Source: the human T2T-CHM13v2.0 reference genome, Homo sapiens. From it: a stretch of DNA of 64,000 nt. A program made the position numbers and the translations under genes. Under the pieces are notes generated by a model. It was given only the letters and a program-made list of their open reading frames with translations, did not search any database and was not told the origin of the DNA. The DNA lies in assembly GCF_009914755.1 (NCBI RefSeq), contig NC_060935.1; one strand, written 5' to 3'. The first letter of the stretch is position 1. Every line of letters starts with the position of its first letter. Shown piece by piece: positions 36,025 through 57,550 of this stretch.

Positions 36025-36524
36025 ATCATTCTGCTATAAAAACACATGCGCATGAATGTTCATTGCAGCACTATTCACAATAGCAAAGACATGTAATCAA
36101 ACTAAATGCCCATTAATGATGGATTGGATAAAGAAGATGTGGCACATATGTACCATGGAATATTATGCAGCCATAAAAAATGAGATCATGTCTTTTGTGG
36201 GAACATAACTGGACTGGAGCTGGAGGCTATCATCCTTAGCAAATTAAGACAGGAACAGAGCCCCAGATATCACATGCTCTCACTTTTAAGTGGGAGCTAA
36301 ATGATAAGAACTTATGAACACAAAGAAGGGAACAACAGACACTGGGGCCTACTTGAGAGTGGAGGGTGGGAGGAGGGAGAGGAGCAGAAGAGATCACTAT
36401 TGGCTACTGGGCTTAATACCTGGGTGATGCAATAATATGTACAACAAACACTCATGACACATGTTTACCTACGTAACAAACCTTCACATATACCCCCAAA
36501 CCAAAAATAAAAGTTAAAAAAAAA
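36025..36524 (+). mobile_element. L1PA-type 3' end (end of ORF2, 3'UTR, poly-A)
   Basis: gttcattgcagcactattcacaatagcaaagac ... gtgggagctaaatgat ... aataaaagttaaaaaaaaa. Confidence 0.9.
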
Positions 36525-36539
36525 GTGTAGACATATATG

Positions 36540-39480
<2,941 letters not shown>

Positions 39481-39543
39481 AGAGGTCAGAAGACAGCTCT
39501 GCACCAGGAGTAGTAGCAAATGACAGAAACCGAATGCAAACTA

Positions 39544-40024
<481 letters not shown>

Positions 40025-40208
40025 ATGGTGGAACCCCGTCTCTACTAAAAATACAAAGATTAGACAGGCATGGTGGCACACACCTGTGATCCCAGCTTCT
40101 CGGGAGGCTGAGGCATGAGAATGGCTTGAACCTGGGAGTGGAGGTTACAGTGAGCCAAGATAGCGCCACCGCACTTCAGCCTGGGTGACAGAGTGAGACT
40201 GTGTCTCA

Positions 40209-40565
<357 letters not shown>

Positions 40566-40589
40566 CTACCAAAACTACAAAAAATTTTA

Positions 40590-40784
<195 letters not shown>

Positions 40785-42479
40785 TCAAGATTACCACTTT
40801 CCTGATGACGCTCATGAAACTCCCAGGGCAGATTCTAACAGGCCCAGCTTGGGTCATGTGTCCATCCCACAACCAATCATTGGTAAGGGAGATGGAATAT
40901 TCTGATTGGCCAGGCAAGGTCAAGTCCCCAGCCCCAGGGCTATGATCCAAAGACAATGATATCACCTGCAAAGGTCTGATGAGCACTTTGTAATTGGTAA
41001 AGTGTGCAAATGTAACAATTATCACCTGTCCATAGCAGATTAGACCGTATATTAGAAGGAAAGAGAGTCTGTATTAAGTAAGCTCTACCCTTACAGCAAA
41101 GAGAAGTAGAAGTGGATAACAGGGAGACTGACAGGAAAAACTATACAAATTCCACATAGAAGTGCAGCATTCTGGGACATTTGCTGTAGAAAAAAATGGT
41201 TCTACAAACTTTATTATATAACATTGTTATCACCATGATCTATTTAGAAAAGGTTTGGGGGTTTTTTGTTTTGGTTTTGGGTTTTTTTGGTTGTTTTTGT
41301 TTGTTTGTTTGTTTTGAGACAGGGTCGCACTGTGTCACGCAGGCTGAAGTGCAATGGTGCAGTCACGGCTCATTGCAGCCTCAACCTACCTGGGCTCAAG
41401 CAATCCTCCCACCTCAGCGTCCCGGGTAGCTCTGACTACAGGTATGTGCCGCAACATCCAGCTAGTTTTTAATTTTTTTGTGGAGACTGAGTCTTGCTAT
41501 GTTGCCCAGACTGGTTTCAAGCTCCTGAGTTCAAGTGATCCTCCAACCTCAGCCTCCCAAAGTGCTGGGATTACAGGTGTGAGGCGGAAAAGTGTAATAT
41601 ACATTTTAAAATTCATGTCTGGAGAAGTCATCCTTGTCTGTGTGTTTAACTTGTCTATCCAGAATGACTTTTTCCAAAGTTGCCAGGTAGCTGGTGATTT
41701 AATAGGGACCCTGTCCTAGTGGAGAGTCAATCTCATTCAGAAGATGATGTAGGTTTATTACAGGACAGCAAACAGTGAAAACTAAATTGGCCATTTATAC
41801 ATTAAGTTCTATATACTAATTATGTTTTCAGTTCCACACTCCAAAACAGAATATCGAATTGGGTGGGTCCCTTAAAGTAGGGCAATTCTCATGTTTACAT
41901 GTTAAGCTTGCTTGGCCAGAACTTGCTACCCTAAAAATATACTCACTCTACTCACATGTAGGATGTAAACACATCCCTCTTTGCAGATCTGTGTTTAATC
42001 TCTTGGGTTCTCTTTAGCAATTTCCTCATTAGTAAGTTGTGTGTTGGTGGAAAGTGCTCCCAGCAGCAAAAACACAAGCAGGTGCATAACATGTGGATTA
42101 TCATGCTGATAGCACTTATCCCAGAAGATGACACATCTCACCCTTTTTCCATTTTACAAACAGCTCTGACATTAGATCCACCTGTTACTTCAGGACATTT
42201 CAGGAGCTTTTCCTCAGAAAGTCCAATCTCCTCCCCAGCTGATCTGCTTCTCATCCCATTAGCAATGTCACCACACTTTATGCCGTGTGCGATCATATCC
42301 TTCCCCAAGTTATGACTATATCGTAGGGAGAAGAAAAGAGAAGAGAGAAGGAGAAGGCAAAGGAGAGAATAATTAATTCATAGTTCATTTATTAACTTCC
42401 TAGGCTTTGATTACTTGCCTGAATCCATTTTCTTCATATTTGGGCTGTACAGTAACCTGATTCTTTTGTTTTCTTCTGA

Positions 42480-43106
<627 letters not shown>

Positions 43107-44059
43107 TGAACTAAGATCATGCCACTGAACTCCAGCTTGGGTGACAGAATGAGACCCTGTCTCAGAAAAAGACAAAAAGAAAAAGAAAAAAAAAGAAAAT
43201 CTATCACTCTTCCATCTTTTCCCTGTACCTATAATTTATTCATTCAGCAAATATGTATGGATTGCCTACTCTATGTCAGGCAGTGTGTGGCTGAATGGTT
43301 CTCCTGTTATAATAATAATGATAATAACTTAAAAGAGAATAATGTTTATCAAGGCCAGCCTGAGCAACATAAGGAGACCCCATCCCTACAAAAAATAAAA
43401 TTAAGTTAAAAAAAATCAGGGCTGGGCAAGGTGGCTCACGCCTGTAATCCTAGCACTTTGGGAGGCCAAGGCAGGCAAATTGCCTGAGCTCAGGAGTTCA
43501 AGACCAGCCTGGTCAACATGGCAAAACCTCGTCTCTACTAAAAATACGAAAAATTAGCAGGACGTGGTGGCATGCCCTTGTAATCCCAGCTACTCAGGAG
43601 GCTGAGGCATGAGAATCGCTTGAACCCGGGAAGCAGAGGCTACAGTGAGTCGAGATAGTGCCACTGCACTCTAGCCTGGGTGACAAAGCGAGACTCTGTC
43701 TCCAAAAATAAATAAATGAATAAAAATAATTATTTTTGTTGAGACGGTCTCACTCTGTTGCCCAGGCTGGAGTGCAGTGGTGCCATCTTGCCTCACTGCA
43801 GCCTCAACTTCCTGGGATCAAGTGATCCGCCCCAGCCTCCCGAGTAGCTGGGAATACAGGTGCATGCTATCCTGCCCAGCTAATTTTTGTACTTTTTGTA
43901 TACTCTGGGTTTCACCATGTTGACCAGGCTGGTCTCGAACTTAGCTTAAGCGATCCACCCACCTCAGACTCCCAAAGTGCTGGGATTATAGGCGTGAGCC
44001 ACCGTGCCTGGCCAAATTAAGTTAAATCAAATTAAAATTTTTAAAAAAGAATGTCACAG

Positions 44060-44810
44060 AAATGGAATCATACAGTGATTAACTTTTTTCACATGCTGTA
44101 TATAAATTCACAATCCATTTTGAATTAATTTTTGTGTAAGATGTGAAGTTTAGGCCGGGTGCAGTGGCTCACGCCTGTAATCCCAGCACTTTGGGAGTCT
44201 GAGGTGGGTGGATGGATCGCTTAAGCTAAGTTCAAAACCAGCCTGGTCAACATGGTGAAACCCCATCTCCTCTAAAAATACAAAAAATTAGCCGGGCATG
44301 GTGGTGTGCACCTGTAATCCCAGCTACTCAGGAGGCTAAAGCAGGAGAATCACTGGAACCCAAGAGGTGGAGGTTGCAGTGAGCCAAGATTTCACCACTG
44401 TACTCCAGCCTGGGCAACAAAAGCAAAACTCTGTCTCAAAAAAAAAAAAAAGTGACATTTAGGTCAAGGTTCTTTTTTTTTTTCTTTTGCCTATGGATGT
44501 CCAATTTCTACAGGGCTATTCATTGAAAAGACTATTCTTCCTCCATTGAATTGCTTTTGCTCCTTTGTCAAAAATCAATTTCTGGCTTGTTCCATTGACC
44601 TGTGTATCTGTCACTACTCCATACTGTTTAAATTACTATATCTTTACAGTGAGTCTGTAGCAATACAGTAAATCTTAACATCAGACAGAATGATTGCTTC
44701 CAGATTATTCTTCTGTTTCCAAATTGTTTTAGCTATTCTAGCTCCTTCGACTTTCTGTATAAATTTTAGAATAAGCTTGTCTTCACTTACAGAAAATCTT
44801 GCTGGACTCT
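44060..44810 (-). mobile_element. L1M ORF2 fragment with Alu insertion
   Basis: ORF 44644..44841 resembles L1 ORF2 (KLILKFIQK..ARIAKTIWKQKNN). Confidence 0.8.
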
Positions 44811-45658
44811 TCAATTTTAATAATTTTAAAGTTTTCTTCATTTCATTTATTTAATGTGTATTAGCTTTTAAAATGATTTATTCTATTGTATGTCACACAG
44901 ATGGTCAGAAGACACCAAATTTCCTATGTTTCTAAGAGGTAGGGCAAGCCCTCTTTTGTCATGGTAGTCATCAAATAATTCCATACGTTATCTTTACAAG
45001 TGTTCCTTAAACCTCACAGCAACCCTAAGAGGAATATACTAGTAGTCTCTCTGTTTTACAGATGAGGAAACTGAGGCATGGATAGATTACATAACATGTC
45101 CAGTGTCTCATAGCTAGAAAGTGGCAGAGTTGGGATTTGAACCAAAGCAATCTGGTTCCAGAACACATACTGTTATCCTCTGTGCTATGCTGTTCTGTTT
45201 GAATATAGTTATCTCATCCAAGAAATTTTTATTCAGTGCCTATTATGTGCCAAGGACTGTTCTAGGTGCTGTGTGTTCTAGGTGTCCTATGGCACCCATG
45301 AGTAAAATAAAAATAAAATAAAGCAGTGATTAAGACAAAATCCCAGCTCCCATGGAGCTTCTATTGTAAAGGGGGAGAATTTACTGTATTAATGCAATAA
45401 TTATTGTTTTGTTGAAGTATTATTTTATTATTTGATTTATATTGAGAACACAGACACTTTAAATATAGGAGCTGGGATCTTACCCAAAAGATATGCTTAT
45501 TCACTGGATATAAATACTCACCATAATTCTACCAATCTTCTGGAGACTGAAAAATCCCTCAGTTGGGAGATAGATAAAACCATCTTGGGCCGGGCGTGGT
45601 GGCTCATGGCTGTAATCCCAGCATTTTGGGAGGCGGAGGCGGGCGGATCACGAGGTTA

Positions 45659-45916
<258 letters not shown>

Positions 45917-47321
45917 TCAAACACCATAGATTAGTTTTAACTATTTTAGAACTTTAGATAAAATTATACGGTATATTTTCCTTTCTGACTTCTTTTGCTC
46001 AACATTATGTTGGTAAGATTCACACATTTGTCGCATGTAGTTGTAGTTTGTTCATTCTTGTTGTGCTGTTCCATTGAGTGAAATAACCTAGTTTATCCAT
46101 TCTATTGCATGTGGAGATAGAGATTGTCTCCAATGGCCGGGCGCGGTGGCTCACGCCTGTAATCCCAGCATTTTGGGAGGCCGAGGTGGGTGGATCACTT
46201 GAGGCCAGGCGTTCGAGACCAGCCTGGCCAACATGGTGAAACCCCGTCTCCACTAAAAATACAAAAATTAGCCGGGCATGATGGTGCATGCTTGTAATCC
46301 CAGCTACTCAGGAGGCTGAGGCAGGTGGATGACTTGAACCCGGGAGGTGGAGGTTGCGGTGAGCCGAGATAGTGCCACTGCACTCCAGCCCAGGTGACAG
46401 AGCTAGACTCTCTCTCAAAAAACAAACAAACAAAAAATATGATTGTCTCTTTTTGACTTACAAATGTTATATATTTTAATAAAAATATATTAAAATACAT
46501 TATAATATATTAAAATATATTATAATAAAAATAATATTAATATTAATATTTGACTTACAAATATAAATAGTATATGATTATGGTCAGTTTTAATACGGCC
46601 AAACAATTTTCTAAAGTCATACCATTGTTTCATACTGCTTTCAAAAATGTTCTTTTGTTTTCCCTTATATTTAGCAAAATATTTTGTTGAGGACTCCAAC
46701 TCATTTCATCTACAAACAAAAGTTTAAAAATCTATGCTTAGACCAAAGGGATGGAAAAAGAACAGCAAAGACACAGGAAACCTGAGGGAGGAGGAAACTG
46801 GGACAGATTCAGGACTGTTTGGCCAGCCAGTTCTTCCTGTAAGATATTCTCTTTCAAGAGCTAAGCTTTGGGGGTTCTAATTCTGTTTTAATAAAACACA
46901 GTGTTCCTTTACATAGTTGAACTGAATTGTTTTCCAACAAATATGAATTAAATTGCCTCATTATTTATTTAGGTTAAACAATTAAACTGTAAGCTTAAGA
47001 GGAAAGGGACCTTGTACATTCTTCAACATTATAGCCTCAGACATAACAGATGCTCAATAAATGTTTGGATAAATGAATGAATAAATAAATGAATCAGTTT
47101 CCTAAAACTTAGCAACTATCTATCATGACCTGATGTAGCATAGTTGGTTCATTATGCTGTGTCTCAAATTCAATGATCCAGGCCTTTCTCCTGAGTCTAC
47201 CCCAAATACCATGAGACTATATTGGAGCTCTCTTGGGATTATACATGGAGGATCAATAGGCTGGACAACCCCACTCCCTCAGACAGTCAGCCTGGCACTG
47301 CCCTTATAGAGATCCTGGTCA

Positions 47322-47483
<162 letters not shown>

Positions 47484-48243
47484 TCATGCACCTGCACTTC
47501 CCAGCTATTCATGAGGCTGAAGCGGGATGATTTCTTGAGCCTGAGAAGTCAAGGCTACAGTAAGCTGTGATTAGCCTGGGCGACAGAGCGAGACCCTGTC
47601 TCAAAAAAAAAAAAAAAAAAGAGATAATTTATGAAAGAATATGTACACACACTCAGAATGATGCATGTGGCTTAACTGTTTACAAGTGTGAATAAATGGC
47701 TCATTTACATAGAGTATCACATTTAATCCTCTCAAAGCCCTAAGGGGCTTGTTATTATAATCTTCATTTTATAAATGAGGCAGTTCAGAGAAATGAGGTG
47801 AGTTGTTAAAGGTCACAACCAGTAATTGTTAAAGCCTCAATTTAAACTTAGGTCTGTCTAGAGCCTGAGATTTTAAGAATTATGTGTGCATAAATAATTT
47901 AAAAATTAAATTTTCTTTGGCTCTCAAGGACATGTATTTTTGCATCTGATTTCAATTAAGCTAAATACATTTGGTGCCGACTAGGTACCGAAGACATTTA
48001 TATAACTTAAGATAATATCACAATGTATTTACCTTCTCTAAGCACTCCTTCAGCTTCCCTGATTAGGAGGCGGCTGGGCCTTGAAAGAAAACTTCCTTTC
48101 TGATGTACGGAACAGAGGACTAGGAGCCTGCGTGAGTAGGTCTTAGGGTGAAGGAAGCCTTTTCAGAAGGGGAGATGAGGGAGAGAGGAAAATGAATTGG
48201 CAGGAAAAAGGCAGAAAAGGTATATTTCAAGAGGGAAGTCTGA

Positions 48244-48594
<351 letters not shown>

Positions 48595-48619
48595 TGAGCC
48601 ACCGCGCCTGGCCAGCCAT

Positions 48620-49480
48620 CCAGTTCTTGAAGGCCAAAGAAAGCATAATAAACCTGAAGATTCTTGGCAGATCCTGGCATTGCTGGACTGCAGGGTGCAT
48701 AAACACCCTGGGTGACAGATGACGTGGCCGGCCATCTCAGGCCCATCCCTGTGCACTGGGTCTGGACGGTGCCAGCTCCTTGGCAACACTGCAGGCTGTT
48801 ATGACCCTGTGCCAGGGCGGGGGAGGGGCCGAGCACCAGGTGACGTGGCAACACCGCAGTCAAAGGAAAGCCATGCTAAGAGGCCACTGCCCCGCAGTCC
48901 TGTGACAGGCAAGGGGAATGCAGGAATATTGGGGAAGAGGGGAGGGGTGGAGGGGAAGGATCATTGTTGCACGGCTCTAGCAAGAAAGAAAATCTAAAAT
49001 TCTGCTTCATGGCTCAGCTCCCAGCACAGCTAATGCTTGGAATGGACCAGTTGCCTGGACAGTTTCAATTATTTGTCATAAGCAGCTCAGGCCTTGGTGT
49101 GCAGATTTCCTTTGCCCCTCAGTTTCAGATAGCCCACTGTGGCCCCTGCTCATGATTCAGACTGAAATAGCTGCCTGTTTTGCATGCCAGTTAAGCCTGC
49201 ATTTCAGTTCTTGTTTCTTTGAAAGGACCTGTCAGGGAAGCAGTATGAAATGTCAGGTTCCGGTTTGGTATTCCCCCTCTACCTTCAACCTTGTAGCTTG
49301 ACTTTTGTGGGATTCCCACTCATGCTCAGAGTCCCCTCATGCGAATAGGCTTATCTAATTCACAAGTAGCTCGGTGATGTGATGATGCCTGGCCCTGTGA
49401 AATCATATTTTTTCACCTTACATCACCTTCCATGGACTGGCTGGAATTCAGATTAGTTAGCCATCCCATTCTTGCTTGGA
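48620..49480. promoter_or_regulatory. Candidate distal enhancer
   Basis: Apparently repeat-free and locally GC/CpG-enriched. Two TGACGTGGC motifs, a GC box, and the palindrome gtgggattcccac. Confidence 0.45.
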
Positions 49481-49587
49481 CATGCTTATTAAAGATAGAG
49501 GATATTGGCCAGGCGCAGTGGCTCATGCCTGTAACCCCAGCCCTTTAGGAGGCTGAGGCAGGTGAATCATCCAAGGTCAGGAGTTCA

Positions 49588-49813
<226 letters not shown>

Positions 49814-50597
49814 TTATCAAGGAATTATCAATTTCTTCCTACAAAATAACTGAGGAGTCCTACATAGATCTTTACAATTGTCTGTGTAGAAGTTCAAACT
49901 CCTGAAAGTTGGCTAGTCCTTGTTCATATCTACCCCATACCTGTGTTAATACCGTTTACATTTACTCTTTCAGACACAGGGGAACAAGGTCCTGAGCAAA
50001 GGAGGACTTGGTATGAACAAGTGGGTTTGGTGCCGCCATTGCTTCTGGCTTGGGTCTCTGCAACTTTGGTGGAGCTTCCAAGAGCTCCATGTGGGGACGG
50101 AGCATTAGATGGTTGACAACATCTGTGGTCTGCAGGAGCCACTATGCGGAGGGCCCAGGGAAGAATTTGCCATTTTCAATGAAAAACACGTGGCAGTTAC
50201 TAATTATGATGACTTTGTACTGGGATCGGGATCTGCGGCACCCTTCTTTAAAGTAAAACACCAACTGCTTAAGAAATAAGAATGTTTTAGTTTATCCATT
50301 GAACAGACATGAAGAGTGTTTCAAGAGATGCAATCCCTTTGAAAAATGGATCAAACTCTTGAACTCATGTAGCATACTAGATATGTTTGTGAATAAACTC
50401 ATGACATGAAAAATCAGTCAATCAATTTAGCCTTGGACATAAATAGATAATGGCTTCTCATTCCCCGTTTACAGTGGCCCCTCCTTCTCTTGTCTTTTCC
50501 AAATACAAGACCGCTTAGATCTTTATCATCATCCTGAGGAGCTGATATTCAAGATTATATGTAAGACATGGGGAACTTGAACTCAGAGGGGTTTTTT

Positions 50598-50603
<6 letters not shown>

Positions 50604-50641
<38 letters not shown>
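50604..50641 (+). repeat. (TG)n microsatellite in an Alu tail
   Basis: Direct read, about 18-19 units. Confidence 0.95.
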
Positions 50642-50642
<1 letters not shown>

Positions 50643-52082
50643 CAAGGTCTCACTGCTGCCCAGACTGAGTGCTGTGGCACAGTCACAGCTCACTGTAGCA
50701 TCAACCTCCTGGGCTCAAGCGATCCTCCTACCTCAGCCTCCTGAGTAGCTGGGACCACAGGTATGCACCAGTATGCTCGGCTAATATTTTTATATTTTGT
50801 AGAGACAGGGCTTTGCCATGTTGTCCAGACTGGTCTTGAATTCCTGGACACAAGTAATCTTCCTGTCTTGGCCTCCCAAAGTGCTGGGATTACAGGTGTG
50901 AGCCACCGTGCCCAGCCAGAATTGGAGATTTTTAAATACAGAAATTCTCAAGTGCTTTGCCCAGGAAGGGCTACATTTGTCAACTTTTCTGGCTGCTGGA
51001 GCAGGTCAGAGAGGGCTAATATTCCTGTCAGAGGTGGTAGATTTCCTCTGACCCCATTTGTTCATCTCTACACTTTCTGAAGAAAAGTCCCTTTTCAGAT
51101 GTCTATATATTTTTAAATATTCTCATTATTTAGAAAGCTCCTTTCTTTATGTTCTGAGTGAATTACTCCCATGTGTTAAGAGTTGGGAAGTGATAGGAAA
51201 GGTAGGGTCCAAGGAAAGTAGTCAAAATTGATCAAGGACCCAGCTGAAAGATAAATGAAGTTGAACAGTTCACAAAAGAGGAAATATATTGGGCTAAAAG
51301 ACACGTGGGAAAATGTTCAACTTCACTAATAACAAAAGAAATGCAAATTTTAAGAACCAGGTACCGTTTCATCTATAAAATTTGCAAAAGTTAAAAATGT
51401 GTGGCCTGGCGCAGTGGCTCATGCCTATAATTCCAGCACTTTGGGAGGCCAAGGTGGGTGGATCATGAGGTCAGGAGTTCGAGACCAGCCTGGCCAAAGT
51501 GGTGAAACTCCGTCTCTACTAAAAATACAAAAAATTAGCTGGGCATGGTGGCAGGCACCTGTAATCCCAGCTACTTGGGAGGCTGAGGCAGAGAATTGCG
51601 TGAACCTGGGAGGCGAAGTTTGCAGTGAGCCGAGATTGCACCACTGTGCTCCAGCCTGGGCAACAGAGCAAGACTCCATCTCAAAAAAAAAAAAAAAAAA
51701 AGGGTTGGGGGTGGTGAGAAAATACCCAGTATTGGCAAGCATGCAGTGTGGTGGCTGTCTTTATGCCCTGCTAGTGGTGGGCTAAATTGATGCCACTTTT
51801 AGGGAAACCATCTGGTGATGCGTATCAATCATATTCCTGTTAAATTATCCTAAGAAAGTTATCCAGAACATAACACAAATTTATTCACAATGATGCAGCG
51901 TTATTTATAAGAAAAAATGGGAATAACTTAAGTATCAAAAAATATGAGACTGGTTAAATAAATGATAATATATTCTCACAGTAGAACACTAATGCAACTG
52001 TTGGGAAAGATGCTTTGTGGGCCAGGTGCGGTGGCTCACACCTGTAATCCCAGTACTTTGGGAGGCCGAGGCGGGCAGATCA

Positions 52083-52363
<281 letters not shown>

Positions 52364-52617
52364 TTACAATCCAGGCTGGGGTGCAGTGGTGCAATCTTGG
52401 CCTCCCCAGTTCAAATGATTCTTGTGCCTCAGCCTCCCTACTGGGATTACAGGTGTGTGCCAGCACACCCAGCTAATTTTTTAATATTTTTAGTAGAGAT
52501 GGGTTTTTGCCATGTTAGCCAAGCTGGTCTCGAACTCCTGGCCTCATGTGATCCACCCACCTGGGTCTCCCAAAGTGTTGTGGGCCACTGCGCCTGGCCT
52601 ATTACAATGTTAATTAA

Positions 52618-53320
<703 letters not shown>

Positions 53321-53959
53321 CATTCTAATCTCAGTTATGTTAAAAAATAAAACGTAGAAACAAGAAAGGGATAAAACATATTAATTCGTTAACAATGGTT
53401 GTCTTGAAATAATTGGTAATTTTTTTCTTCTTCCCTTTTCCTCTTATTTATCTGTAATAATAATATACTGTCTTTAGAATAAAAATTGTATTTAGGCAGG
53501 ATGCAGTGGCTCATGCCTATAATCTCAGCACTTTAGGAGGTCGAGGCAGGAGGATTGCTTGAGCTCAGGAGTTTGAAACGGGCCTGGGTAGCATAGTGAG
53601 ACTCTATCTCTACAAAAAATTTAAATTATTTATTTATCTGTGAGACAGAGTCTCACTTTGTCGCCCAGGCTGGAGTGCAGTGGCACAATCTCGGCTCACT
53701 GCAAACTCTGCCTCCTGGGGCTCAAACAATTCTCCTGCCTCAGCCTCCCTAGTAGCTGGGATTACAGGTGCACACCACTGCGCTCAGGTAATTTTTGTAT
53801 TTTTAGTAGAGAGGAGGTTTCACCATGTTGGTTGGGCTGGTCTTGAACTCCTGACCTCAAATGATCTTCCCGCCTCAACCTCCCAAAGTACTGAGATTAT
53901 AGGCATGAGCCACCATGCCTGGCAAAATTTTTAAAAATGTTTTAAATTTTATTGAAAAA

Positions 53960-55050
53960 TCATGAGCAGCTACAGTAATCAAGTCTGTATGGTACTGTAT
54001 GGAACAGACCAGAAAGTTCAGAAATAAACTGTTAGCTTTATGGTCAATTGATTTTCAAAAAGGGTGCTCAGACAATTCAGTGAGGAAAAAAATCATCTTT
54101 TCAATAAATTGTGCTGGGACAACTGGATATCTACATGCAAAAGAAGAAAGTTGGACCCCTTCTTTACACCACATACAAAAACTAACTAAAGTGGATCATA
54201 GACCTAAATGTAAAAGCTAAAACTATGAAATTTTTAGAAGAAAACGAGAGTAAATCTTTATGATCTTAAGTCAGAGAAAGTCTTCTTAGATATGACACCA
54301 AAAACCCAAACAACAACAAAAATAAATTGGACATCATCAAAATTAAATACTTTTGTGCTTCAAAAGACAGAAACAAGAAAGTGAAAAAACTCACAGAATA
54401 TGAGAAAATATTTGCAAACCATATATCTGATAAGGGACTTGTATCCAAAATAAATAAAGAGCTCTAACAACTCAACAATAAAAAGATAAATGATCCAATT
54501 GAAAAATGGGCAAAAGTCCGGTCTCAGTGACTCAGGCCTGTAATCCCAGCCCTTTGGGAGGCCAAGGCGGGTGGATCACCTGAGGTTGGGAGTTTGAGAC
54601 CACCCTGACCAACATGGTGAAACCCTATCTCTACTAAAGCTACAAAATTGGCTGGGCGTGGTGGCACATGCCCGTAATCCCAGCTCGTTGGGAGGCTGAG
54701 GTAGGAGAGTCGCTTGAACCCAGGAGGCAGAGGTTGTGGTGATCCGAGCTCACCATTCCACTCCAGCCTGAGCAACAAGAGCGAAACTCCGTCTCAAAAA
54801 AAAAAAAAAGAAAGAAAGAAAGAAAGAAAAGAAAGAAAAAAAAATGGGGAAAGACTTGAATAGAAATTTCTGCAAAGAAGATATATAAATATTGCTGCCG
54901 TAACAAATGTAGTGGCTTAACCCAATACCACTTTATTATCTTACAGTTCTGGAAGTCAGGAGCTCAACATGGGTAGAAATGGAAAGTGACTGCTAATGAG
55001 TATAGGGCTCCTTTTTGGGGTGAGGAAAATATCCTAAAATTAATTGTAGT
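53960..55050 (+). mobile_element. L1M(B)-type ORF2/3' fragment with Alu insertion
   Basis: acagtaatcaag ... aaaatatttgcaaaccatatatctgataagggacttgtatcc. Confidence 0.8.
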
Positions 55051-55499
55051 GATTTTTTTGGTAGAGACAATGTTTCATCATGTTGCCCAGGCTGGTCTCA
55101 AACTTCTGGGCTCAAGTGATCTGCCTGCTTCCGTGGTTGCACAGCTCTGTAAATAAACTAAAAAACCGTTTTGTATGTACCCCATCTTGGGTTGTTTGGG
55201 ATTTTCTTGTTTGTTTGTTGTTTTGTTTTGTTTTTGTTTTATTTTGTTTTGTTTTGTGACAGGGTCTCACTTTGTCACCCAGGCACATACAGGCTGGAGT
55301 GCAGTGGTACCATCACAACTCACTGAAGCTTCAACCTCCTGGACCCAAGGGATTCTCCCACCTCAGCCTCCCAAGTAGCTGAGACACAGGCATGCGCCAC
55401 CATACCTGGCTAATTTTGTTAAGAAATGAGGTCTCTCTGTGTTGCACAGTCTGGTCTCCAACTCCAGGGCTCAAGTGATTGCCCCACTTCCGCCTCTCA

Positions 55500-55967
<468 letters not shown>

Positions 55968-56739
55968 TTAACAAAAACACACCACAAATGGACTTAAAGA
56001 ATAAAGGAAATGTATTGGCTCATTTAACTGAAAAGTATAGAGGAAATAAAGACTTTAGGTGTGGTACAGTCAAAACCTCCTTCCCCAGCAGTTGGAGCTC
56101 CAACTGTACATGCTGCTACACAGTTGAGGGAGAGTGAAATGGATATTGTGGAGACAACACCCACTATGACCATCCACTATGGTCCTAAGGGCAAAGAGAA
56201 AACAGGTGGCTCACGGCTGGGCGCAGTGGCTCATACCTGTAATCCCAGCACTTTGGGAGGTCGAGGCAGGCAGATCACTTGAGTCCAGGAGTTTGAGACT
56301 AGCCTGGGAAACATGGCCTGTCTCTATAAAGAATACAAAAAATTTAGCTGGGTGTGGTGGCACACGTCTATAGCACTAGCCTGGGCGACAGAGTGACACC
56401 CTGTCTCTACATTTTTTAAATAAATAAATAAATTGAAAAAATATATAGTAAAAAAGAAGAAAACAGAAGGGCAGGCCTGGCATGGTGGCTCATTCCTGTA
56501 ATCCCGGCATTTTTGGAGGCTAAGATGGGAGGATCACTTGAGACTTTGAGAACAGCCTGGGCAACATATGAAGACCCCATCGCTATAAAAAAATTTTTTT
56601 TAATACTTTGGGAGGCCAAGGCAGGCAGATCACTTAAGCCCAGGAGTTTGAGACCAGCTGGGCAACATGGTGAAACCTTGTCTCTACTAAAAAACAAACA
56701 AACAAACAAAACAATTTTTTTAATCAAAAAGAAGGGCTA

Positions 56740-57045
<306 letters not shown>

Positions 57046-57298
57046 TCAAAAAGAAAATAAAGAAAGAAAACAGAAGGGCAAGTTCAAAGACAAATAGCAG
57101 AGCATGTGTGTACCAGTCATAGGAGCAATTCTCAGGAGGGCGAAGCCCTCTTTAGACTAAAAAGAGAAACAACTAAAGACTGTAATAAAGAACACTGTCC
57201 TTTAGGCCGGTCGCGGTGGCTCACGCCTGTAATCCCAGCACTTTGGGAGGCTGAGGCGGGCAGATCACAAGGTCAGGAGATTGCGACCATCCTGGCTA

Positions 57299-57550
<252 letters not shown>

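Noticed and set aside
46460-46580. AT-rich quasi-palindromic tract resembling a PATRR
   Set aside because: Only ~100 nt of low complexity with no long inverted arms.
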